Assembly (NCBI GenBank): GCA_018659145.1 | Contig: JABJNB010000018.1 | Span: 11,039-75,038, forward strand | Direction of reading: 5' to 3' | From: Rickettsiales bacterium | Lineage (GTDB): Bacteria > Pseudomonadota > Alphaproteobacteria > Rickettsiales > JABIRX01 | Length of the DNA stretch: 64,000 nt | The notes under the pieces: generated by a model | What the model was told of the DNA's origin: nothing | The model's input: only the letters and a program-made list of their open reading frames with translations | The model's database searches: none | Part shown: positions 39,142 through 47,040 of the stretch, one piece after another | Layout of the letters: the number at the start of each line of letters is the position of its first letter | Position numbering within the stretch: position 1 is the first letter of the stretch | Translations under genes and position numbers: made by a program

Positions 39142-39462
39142 ATGAGAAGTAAAGAAGCGGTATTCTTGTTTAGTGCAATGGGTCATGAATATAGGTTGGC
39201 TATATTTAAGATGTTAGTTCAGGCGGGTAGTAAAGGCTTAAACCCTTCAGAAATTAATTCCGAATTAAATATCCAAGATAATAAATTATCTTTTCATTTA
39301 AATCATTTGAAGAAAATTAATTTAATAAGTTTTAAACGCTCTGGGAGAAATCTTATTTATTTTGCTAATTACGATAAGATCAAGCATCTAATAGATTACT
39401 TATTTGAAAGATGTTGCGAAAAGTCTGATAGCGATGCATGTGTTCCAAAGTTAAAAATATAA
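39142..39462 (+). CDS. ArsR/SmtB family transcriptional regulator
   Basis: FSAMGHEYRLAIFKML...PSEINSELNIQDNKLSFHLNHLKKINLI winged-HTH pattern. Confidence 0.75.
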   Translation: MRSKEAVFLFSAMGHEYRLAIFKMLVQAGSKGLNPSEINSELNIQDNKLSFHLNHLKKINLISFKRSGRNLIYFANYDKIKHLIDYLFERCCEKSDSDACVPKLKI

Positions 39463-39540
39463 AAACTTTTGTAATTTTAATTTAACAAATAAGATTATCT
39501 TGCTTAGATCAAAGTTCACTTACATAACAAAACTTAGGTA

Positions 39541-40743
39541 ATGCTAAAATATCTTATTATTATCATTTTACTTGCTTATCCAGCTATTACAAATGCAGAT
39601 GCTCCGACTGTTGATCTATCAGTAAAGACGGGCGGAGTAGATATGGATATCGTACTGACGTTAAATAAACCCATCGAATATGATTTTTTTACCCTCTCTG
39701 ACCCATATAGGTTAATCATTGATTTAAAAAGTCCGGGCATAAAATTCACAGCTAAAGGTCTCAAAGTTACAGAGAGCGTTATTAGAGATGTTTCAGAAGT
39801 TAAACTTAATGAGCATCATAGAATAACTGTAGAATTTATGCTTCCTATGCAGCTTATTGAAGTGAATATGGAAAAACATTCTGATGATAATTATCATCTA
39901 ACATTTGTAATTAATAGCAGTAAAGAAGCATTAAGTAAAAATAATGCTCGTGATATGAATGAATTTTTAGATATTATTTTATCTCAAGATCATTTTTTGG
40001 ATATTGCAAAAAATAGCTTTGAGGAAGCGCAAACAATTTTAACCAATCAAATTGTTGATAAGCCAGATAGAAAGCCCGTTATAGTTATTGATGCTGGACA
40101 TGGTGGCAAAGATCCAGGGGCTGTTAACAAGGGAGGTGATAGGGAAAAGAGTATCACACTTCAATACGCACTTGATTTAGCAAAGCGTCTGAGAAAAAGT
40201 AATCATTATGAAGTTTATTTAACGAGGGATAAGGATAAATTTATTTCGCTTGGAGGAAGGCAATATTATGCACGTCGTAAAAATGCTGATTTATTCATAT
40301 CGCTTCATGCCGATTCTGCTCCAAGTAGTAAAGCTACAGGTCTGTCAATTTATACCCTCTCTAATAAATCCTCTGATAGTGTAGCAGCTATGCTTGCTAG
40401 AAAAGCTAATAAATCAGATGTCATAGCTGGTATTGATTTAACTGGTGAGAATAAAGATGTGGCAAATTTTATGATTGATCTATCCCAAAGAAAAGGCATG
40501 CAGAAGTCTAAAAACTTTTCTGATATCTTGCATAAAAATATTAAAAACAAAATCAATACAGTTAGCAAGGAGCAAAGATATGCTGGATTTGCGGTTCTTA
40601 AAAATTCTAATATGGCATCCATATTAATTGAACTTGGTTTTGTCTCTAACAAGTCGGATGTTAAAAAACTAAAATCTCCTGCTTACCGAAGGGTTCTTAT
40701 CAAGACAATTGAGAAGTCAATAGATGATTATTTTGGTTATTAA
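39541..40743 (+). CDS. amiC: N-acetylmuramoyl-L-alanine amidase (AMIN domain + Amidase_3)
   Basis: Signal peptide. PYRLIIDL AMIN segment. VIVIDAGHGGKDPGA and SLHADS catalytic motifs. Confidence 0.85.
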   Translation: MLKYLIIIILLAYPAITNADAPTVDLSVKTGGVDMDIVLTLNKPIEYDFFTLSDPYRLIIDLKSPGIKFTAKGLKVTESVIRDVSEVKLNEHHRITVEFMLPMQLIEVNMEKHSDDNYHLTFVINSSKEALSKNNARDMNEFLDIILSQDHFLDIAKNSFEEAQTILTNQIVDKPDRKPVIVIDAGHGGKDPGAVNKGGDREKSITLQYALDLAKRLRKSNHYEVYLTRDKDKFISLGGRQYYARRKNADLFISLHADSAPSSKATGLSIYTLSNKSSDSVAAMLARKANKSDVIAGIDLTGENKDVANFMIDLSQRKGMQKSKNFSDILHKNIKNKINTVSKEQRYAGFAVLKNSNMASILIELGFVSNKSDVKKLKSPAYRRVLIKTIEKSIDDYFGY

Positions 40744-40844
40744 TTTTATATCAATTTTATATCAATAAGAGCTGCACAATTTCACCGCCCACCATTTGGT
40801 CACCCTTCTTGATACAAATTCATATCTCTCTTGCTTCCGGGCAA

Positions 40845-40982
40845 TCACAGGGCGCGGGATATATATTCAACACCACAATACACAACCCCTTCCTAGGTGC
40901 GGGGCCGACTACGGAGCATAATTATAATGCTTTATAATGCATGGCCGACTCTTGTTTGATCTCGAGCACATAAAGGTTGCTA
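40845..40982. repeat. Degenerate family A core fragment followed by a family B copy (about 40893..40982, rc)
   Basis: tgcttccgggca... matches 55832..; ...cttgtttgatctcgagcacataaaggttgctac aligns with the B end tttgcgtgatcctgggcgaccataaaggtagcc. Confidence 0.5.
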
Positions 40983-41003
40983 CAATTCTTTCTTAAATGT
41001 GAT

Positions 41004-42158
41004 TCACACCAAAATTTGCCCAGTTATGTAATTGGTAATTCCGGTCCTATTAGGGCTGATATGTAGGATATTTGCATTTATCTGAATTAAATCTTCTGAT
41101 ATTAATTTATCAATTTTTCCTTGTTCGATTACATCTGCAAATGAAATACCGAACTTCTTGCTGAAGTCTTGGAGATTAATACCCTCTTTTAAACGTAGTC
41201 CCATCATTATATATTCTTCGATTTGGGTATTTTGATCTAGGGATTCTTTGCTTTGTATAGCATTACCGTTTGCTAGATTCTCCTGGCACCATTTTTTGGG
41301 CATATGGTAATTTACAAAAGCATATTTGATATTATCTTTGGTGATACGCGAATGAGCACCAGCACCGATGCCGACATAGTCTCCACTTCTCCAGTAATTT
41401 AAATTATGCTGTGATTCATATCCAGCTTTGGCAAAGTTTGATACTTCATAACGCTCAAATCCATGCTTCTTAGTTTTGCTATAAGTAAAGTCATACAAAT
41501 CAGCTTGGCTATCATCATCCATTATAGCTAGATTATCTTTTTTGAACTGGCGGTAGAACTCAGTGCCCTTTTCAATAGTTAGTTGGTAAAGCGAGATATG
41601 ATTACTGTTAAATTCAAGTGCCCTATTTAGATTTCGCTCCCAAGCTTTTAGATCCTGTCCCGCTATACCATAGATTAAATCGAGAGAGTAATTACTGAAA
41701 TGTTTTTGGATATTCTCAAGTGCTGATATTGCGGTATTTACATCATGTTTTCTGCCTAAGAATTTTAATACGCCTTCATCAAAAGATTGAACTCCTAATG
41801 ATAAGCGATTTATTCCATTATCTTTAAAAAATTTTATTTTCTCATTTTCAATAGTTGATGGATTAGCTTCTAAAGTAATTTCTATATCATCTGCTAATTT
41901 ATAATTTACTCGGATATGCTCTAACAATTCAGCAAGTAATTTTTTATCCATCAATGACGGAGTACCTCCACCAAAGAAAATAGTGCTTATTGTGAAATCT
42001 TTTTCTACAAATCTGCTATAATATTCTAGCTCGCTAATATAAGCCCCCAGCATATCCTTATAATCAATAGCAGTTGCTACATGTGAATTAAAATCACAAT
42101 AAGGGCACTTGGATAAGCAATATGGATAATGTATATAAAGCGATAATTGTTTATCCAT
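41004..42158 (-). CDS. hemW: Radical-SAM heme chaperone HemW (HemN-like)
   Basis: LYIHYPYCLSKCPYCDFNS motif. 384 aa. Confidence 0.85.
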   Translation of the reverse strand: MDKQLSLYIHYPYCLSKCPYCDFNSHVATAIDYKDMLGAYISELEYYSRFVEKDFTISTIFFGGGTPSLMDKKLLAELLEHIRVNYKLADDIEITLEANPSTIENEKIKFFKDNGINRLSLGVQSFDEGVLKFLGRKHDVNTAISALENIQKHFSNYSLDLIYGIAGQDLKAWERNLNRALEFNSNHISLYQLTIEKGTEFYRQFKKDNLAIMDDDSQADLYDFTYSKTKKHGFERYEVSNFAKAGYESQHNLNYWRSGDYVGIGAGAHSRITKDNIKYAFVNYHMPKKWCQENLANGNAIQSKESLDQNTQIEEYIMMGLRLKEGINLQDFSKKFGISFADVIEQGKIDKLISEDLIQINANILHISPNRTGITNYITGQILV

Positions 42159-42163
42159 ATCGA

Positions 42164-42943
42164 TTAATATGGAGGCTTGGTGAATCCTTTTTGTGATAAG
42201 GTAAAAATTTCATAGCCAGTTTTTGTCACTGCAAGAGTATGCTCATATTGAGCAGATAGAGATTTGTCTTTTGTAACCACGGTCCATTCATCTTTTAGCA
42301 TTTTTCCTGCATATCCACCAATATTAATCATTGGTTCTATTGTAAAGAACATCCCCTCTTTTAATACTTCTCCTTGACCTTTTTTACCAAAATGCATGAC
42401 ATTAGGTTCTGTATGAAAGATTTGCCCGATTCCATGACCACAAAAATCTCTTACAACTGAGTAACCATGACCTTCAGCGTAGGTCTGTATGGCATGCCCG
42501 ATATCACCAAGAGTTGCGCCTGGTTTGACCTGTTCAATACCAAGTATTAATGCATCATAGGTTACGTCACACAATCTTTTAGCTTTTATTGATGGCTTAC
42601 CAACGAAATACATACGACTAGTATCCCCATGCCAACCATCAATAATGACCGTCACATCAATATTAATAATGTCACCATCTCTGAGCTTCTTATCAGATGG
42701 GATGCCATGGCAGATGACATGATTTACGGATGTGCATATTGATTTTGGAAAGCCGCGATAATTAAGTGGAGCTGGGATTGCATTATTCTCGATGATTTTA
42801 TCATGGCATAATGTATTTAACTGATCTGTCGTAACGCCAATTTCAACAAAATCGGTAATATAATCCAAGATTTCGCCAGCTAATTTTCCAGCTTTACGCA
42901 TTTTGATATAATCAGATTCTTTATGTAATATAATTTCAGGCAT
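42164..42943 (-). CDS. map: Type I methionyl aminopeptidase
   Basis: Metal ligand contexts NIDVTVIIDGWHGDTS, CGHGIG, FTIEPM and QYEHT. Confidence 0.9.
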   Translation of the reverse strand: MPEIILHKESDYIKMRKAGKLAGEILDYITDFVEIGVTTDQLNTLCHDKIIENNAIPAPLNYRGFPKSICTSVNHVICHGIPSDKKLRDGDIINIDVTVIIDGWHGDTSRMYFVGKPSIKAKRLCDVTYDALILGIEQVKPGATLGDIGHAIQTYAEGHGYSVVRDFCGHGIGQIFHTEPNVMHFGKKGQGEVLKEGMFFTIEPMINIGGYAGKMLKDEWTVVTKDKSLSAQYEHTLAVTKTGYEIFTLSQKGFTKPPY

Positions 42944-43047
42944 AGTTTTTTCTTATTTTTTCACTAGGAATTTGCAATATTTATTGCATAGTCATTGTAT
43001 ATTTATGAAATATACAGATTAAACGCTAAAATAAACTCTTTATTATT

Positions 43048-43806
43048 ATGATACGCGAAAAAACAGCAGCTTTTATTGTAATTGGTAATGAAATCCTCTC
43101 TGGTCGAACGAAAGATAAAAATATTAATTTTTTAACAACTAAGTTGACTGAGATAGGGGTAAATGTAAAAGAAGTTGCAATCATAGAAGATGACGAGAAG
43201 AAAATAATTGAGACCGTGCATAGGTTAAAGGATAATTATGATTACATATTCACATCTGGCGGTATAGGCCCTACTCATGATGATATCACTTCGGCCTCTA
43301 TTGCTAAAGCATTAGGAGTAAAGCTTATTTCGGATCCAAGAGCAGTTAAAATCTTAGAAGACCATTATAGCGGACAAGAATTAAATGAAGCACGTCTTAA
43401 AATGGCAATAATACCAGAGGGAGCTACATTATTAAATAACCCTGTTAGCTCTGCACCTGGTTTTAAAATTCAGAACATATTCGTATATGCTGGGGTTCCA
43501 GTCATAATGCAAGCTATGCTTGAAGCTAGTATGGAATATTTAGAGGGCGGATCTAAAAAACTTAGTCGGACAGTGGAGATATTTTTAACGGAAAGCGTTA
43601 TTGCAACAGAAATGTCTCGGATTCAGGATAAATACAAAGATATTGAAATAGGTAGCTACCCTTTTGCTCGGGATAATAGATTAGGCACAGCTGTTGTTTT
43701 TCGCAGTATTAATCAAGATTCTATCGATCTTGCTCTTGCAGAGTATGTTGAACACCTCCAGTCAAAAAACAGTAATATTGATACATTAAATTTGAATATT
43801 ATGTAG
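43048..43806 (+). CDS. CinA-like molybdopterin-binding (MoCF_BD) domain protein
   Basis: FIVIGNEILSGRTKDKN...FTSGGIGPTHDDIT. The last Met codon and the TAG stop overlap the family C repeat that starts at 43802. Confidence 0.75.
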   Translation: MIREKTAAFIVIGNEILSGRTKDKNINFLTTKLTEIGVNVKEVAIIEDDEKKIIETVHRLKDNYDYIFTSGGIGPTHDDITSASIAKALGVKLISDPRAVKILEDHYSGQELNEARLKMAIIPEGATLLNNPVSSAPGFKIQNIFVYAGVPVIMQAMLEASMEYLEGGSKKLSRTVEIFLTESVIATEMSRIQDKYKDIEIGSYPFARDNRLGTAVVFRSINQDSIDLALAEYVEHLQSKNSNIDTLNLNIM

Positions 43807-43949
43807 AGACGCATCATCATGAGTCTGGTGACCAACTTAAAGTAAATAAGAGCCATGAATCCAAAAACTCCTATCTCCCAAACATACCAACGATAATTAT
43901 ATTTATGTATCTACCACCTCACCCAGATGCAAGATTTTATGTCTCTACA
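43802..43949. mobile_element. Family C MITE-like element (148 bp) with terminal inverted repeat tgtagagac / gtctctaca
   Basis: TIRs at 43802..43810 and 43941..43949. Internal hairpin agacgc-atcatcat-gagtct. Related fragments at 31199..31376 and 36266..36300. Confidence 0.65.
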
Positions 43950-43982
43950 TTGATTGATTAATATGGAAGTATAAGATATAAG

Positions 43983-44783
43983 TTGGTGATGCAAATTAAG
44001 TTTTTAATCCACAGCGCTTTATATTTTGAAGCTCAATCATTCATTATTAAATATAAGCTTAAGAGGGATATGGAAATTAATGATTTCATGTTTTTCTATA
44101 ATCCAAAAAATCAGATGGGATTGATTACTAGTACCAAGAGTCGTGCTAGTGTGGCATATGCCTTTGGTTATATCAAAGCAAAATATAAGATATATCGTGA
44201 TTGTAAGATTTTAAATTTTGGTATTTGCGGAGCAGATAATATAGCGATTGGGAGTTTAAGAGAAGTCGTAAAGATTACAGATAATATTACTAATGAGAAC
44301 TACTATCCTATCTATATAGATGAGCCATATTTTGAGACAGCTAATCTTACAAGCTTTGCATCTCCTAACACAGATTATGAAGTTATTGGCCTATATGATA
44401 TGGAAGCTGCATGTTTCTTTGAATCAGCATCAAGGCTTGTTCTATGTGAGAATATTAGAATTATTAAAATTATCTCTGATAATAGTAATAATTCTCTTGA
44501 GAATTTTGATCATAAAGTTTTAACAAATCATATAGAAGTAATCGCAAATGAACTATTCTCTTATATCGAAAAAATATTACTAAATCAGGAGGAGATAGAC
44601 GATATTCTAGAAAGTAGAATTGAGCATTTTAGCTTCTCCGAGCAAAGGATATTGCGATCCCTTGTCAGAAGTATCAGTGCCCTAAGGGCTGACTTTAATG
44701 CGAAGGAAGAGGTCTGGAAAGATTTTGATTTCGTAAAAAACAAGCTAGAAGAGCAATTAGCTCAATGTGAGATTAAATATTGA
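43983..44783 (+). CDS. Nucleoside phosphorylase/nucleosidase-family protein (PNP_UDP_1; MTAN/MqnB/HpnG-like) with helical C-terminal extension
   Basis: ILNFGICGA, LYDMEAACFFESA and IIKIISDNSNN align with the MTA/SAH nucleosidase motifs INTGSAGG, VEMEATA and VRAISD. The ATG at 43989 is a more likely start than the TTG at 43983. Confidence 0.55.
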   Translation: MVMQIKFLIHSALYFEAQSFIIKYKLKRDMEINDFMFFYNPKNQMGLITSTKSRASVAYAFGYIKAKYKIYRDCKILNFGICGADNIAIGSLREVVKITDNITNENYYPIYIDEPYFETANLTSFASPNTDYEVIGLYDMEAACFFESASRLVLCENIRIIKIISDNSNNSLENFDHKVLTNHIEVIANELFSYIEKILLNQEEIDDILESRIEHFSFSEQRILRSLVRSISALRADFNAKEEVWKDFDFVKNKLEEQLAQCEIKY

Positions 44784-45771
44784 AATGAGTTTTATTTATA
44801 TAGAATCACAAATTAAGGGTCATCCAGAAAGTTTAGCTATTATTAATAAATTTCCTAAGCGTGAAGTTATCGAGATTAATCATTATGGTGAGATATTTAA
44901 TCCGACAAATCAGAGCTTTCGTAAACAAAAGCAGAGCCCGTCTATTATCATTGCAAAAAAGACTAATAATCTAATCTTAAAATCACCTGAGAATTTTGGT
45001 ATTGGAGGTAGTGGGAATTACTACTTCTCTCATATGCTTAATTGCCCTTATGATTGTCGTTATTGCTTCTTACAAGGCATGTTTAACAGCGCAAATTACG
45101 TGATCTTTGTTAATTATGATGATTATAAGGCTAAGATTTCTAACCTGGATAAAAAGGCCAAAGATAAACAATATTTCTTTTCTGGCTATGATGCAGATTC
45201 CTTAGCATTTGATCATGTTACAAATTTTACAAATAGCTTTGTTCCATTCTTTCATGATTTAAAAAACTCTTATTTGGAGCTTAGGACAAAATCTACACAA
45301 ATTCGGAGTTTGTTAAAGTACCCTGCTCATGATAATATAATCATTGCTTTTAGCTTTACTCCCGAGGAGATATCTAAAAAGATAGAGCATAAAGTTCCTG
45401 ATTTTAATAAGAGACTATTGGCGATAGAGAAGCTGGTATCGCATGGTTATAAGATTGGCCTAAGATTTGACCCACTGGTTTATTGTAGTAATTTTGAGGA
45501 ATTATATTTAAAGATGTTTGAAAAGATTTTTAAGGCAGTACCCAAAGAGAGTATCCATTCTATATCCATTGGTAAATTACGTTTTCCAAATAAGATGTAT
45601 GATAAGATTATTAAGTTATATCCCGATGATCCAATGCTCAATTATAAAATTACCAAAGATAAAAAGCATAGTGGTTATGGGGCAGATATTGAAAAGCAAA
45701 TGTTTGATATTGTACAATCGGCTTTAGAGCCTTATGTTGATCAGGCTCTAATTTTTAAATGTTACACATAG
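44767..45771 (+). CDS. Spore-photoproduct-lyase-like radical SAM protein
   Basis: CxxxCxxC cluster NCPYDCRYCFLQG. N-terminal IYIE...INHYGEIFN...QKQSPSIIIAKK resembles the SplB family. The alternative start at 44785 gives MSFIYIE. Confidence 0.65.
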   Translation: MRLNIEMSFIYIESQIKGHPESLAIINKFPKREVIEINHYGEIFNPTNQSFRKQKQSPSIIIAKKTNNLILKSPENFGIGGSGNYYFSHMLNCPYDCRYCFLQGMFNSANYVIFVNYDDYKAKISNLDKKAKDKQYFFSGYDADSLAFDHVTNFTNSFVPFFHDLKNSYLELRTKSTQIRSLLKYPAHDNIIIAFSFTPEEISKKIEHKVPDFNKRLLAIEKLVSHGYKIGLRFDPLVYCSNFEELYLKMFEKIFKAVPKESIHSISIGKLRFPNKMYDKIIKLYPDDPMLNYKITKDKKHSGYGADIEKQMFDIVQSALEPYVDQALIFKCYT

Positions 45772-46457
45772 TGAGTAAAATATTAATTACAGGAACAACT
45801 TCGGGAATTGGTTTTGCAGCAAAGGAATATTTTAAACAAGATCACGAGATTATAGGTATTGCCAAAAGTGGTTTAGCTCACGAAAGTAATTACACGCATT
45901 ATCAACAAGATTTAGCCAGAACCTCTTACATCTCACCATTATTAAATAGAATAACAAAAGAGCATAAAGATATAGACTGTATTATTTTAAATGCTGGCTT
46001 TGGAATTTTTAAGGAGTTGGATCAGTTTAGTGAGTCAGAGATTATAGAATTACTAAATGTTAATCTTCTAGCTAATATTTTAATTACCAAGGCCCTGCTG
46101 CCGAATCTGCGTAATAATCCCAATAGTAAGATCTTCTTTATAGGCTCAGAAGCATCTATAGATGGTCAAAAGAAAGGTTCAATTTATTGTGCTAGTAAAT
46201 TTGGTTTACGTGGTTTTGTTTTAAGCCTACAGAAAGAATTAAGTAAAAACAATACTCAAATCAGCTTAATTAACCCTGGTATGGTGAAATCTAATTTTTA
46301 TAAAAAATTAAATTTTACTCATGGCGAAAGTCAGGAAAATTATATAAATCCTATAGACATTATAAAAATAATTGACCTTATGATCGAGATAGGTAATTCT
46401 TGCCTAGTCGAAGAAGTCAATCTGAGACCATATAAGAAAGTAATAATAAAGAAGTAA
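45759..46457 (+). CDS. Short-chain dehydrogenase/reductase
   Basis: TGTTSGIG cofactor motif and catalytic YCASK. Overlaps the upstream stop (ATG 45759 or GTG 45771). Confidence 0.8.
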   Translation: MLHIVSKILITGTTSGIGFAAKEYFKQDHEIIGIAKSGLAHESNYTHYQQDLARTSYISPLLNRITKEHKDIDCIILNAGFGIFKELDQFSESEIIELLNVNLLANILITKALLPNLRNNPNSKIFFIGSEASIDGQKKGSIYCASKFGLRGFVLSLQKELSKNNTQISLINPGMVKSNFYKKLNFTHGESQENYINPIDIIKIIDLMIEIGNSCLVEEVNLRPYKKVIIKK

Positions 46458-46471
46458 ATAAGAGGCATAAT

Positions 46472-46945
46472 ATGCAAGCATATTTAATTACGAAGCCAGG
46501 TTTTGAGAAAATGGAATCTGAGTTAAAGCAGCTCAAACAAGTGGAAAGACCAAACATCATTAAAGCAATAGCTGAAGCTAGAGAACATGGTGATTTAAAA
46601 GAAAATGCTGAATATCATACAGCTAAAGATAAACAAGGTTTTATAGAAGGACGTATTCTTGATTATTCAGATAAAATAGCTAGATCTCACGTTATTGAAC
46701 CTGAGAAAATAGAGGCGGATGTAATAAGATTTGGTGCTACAATCAAAATCTTAGATGAGAAGACTGAAGTTGAAATAACATATCAGATTGTTAGTGACTA
46801 TGAAGCTGATGTAAAAGTTAGCAGAATCTCCGTCTCATCCCCTATTGCTAGGCATCTGCTTGGAAAATCAGTTGATGATAGCGTTGAAATCATAACCCCA
46901 AGAGGAACAAAACATTACTCAGTTATCTCCATAGAATATAAATAA
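46472..46945 (+). CDS. greA: Transcription elongation factor GreA
   Basis: AREHGDLKENAEYHTAKD and SVSSPIARHLLGK motifs. Confidence 0.9.
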   Translation: MQAYLITKPGFEKMESELKQLKQVERPNIIKAIAEAREHGDLKENAEYHTAKDKQGFIEGRILDYSDKIARSHVIEPEKIEADVIRFGATIKILDEKTEVEITYQIVSDYEADVKVSRISVSSPIARHLLGKSVDDSVEIITPRGTKHYSVISIEYK

Positions 46946-46953
46946 ATTATTTT

Positions 46954-46976
46954 CGTAAGGGCGGGGTCCTCCCCCC
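46954..46976. repeat. Half-copy of the family A GC-rich hairpin, immediately after greA (possible terminator)
   Basis: cgtaagggcggggtcctcccccc followed by ttctttc. Confidence 0.5.
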
Positions 46977-47040
46977 TTCTTTCAAACACAAGGTCTCTCT
47001 TATATATTATTGCAACTAAGGAAGTTAAAAAGGTTAAATT

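Noticed and set aside
40744-40765. 11-bp tandem duplication ttttatatcaa x2 just after amiC
   Set aside because: Short AT-rich duplication, most simply replication slippage. No evidence of function.
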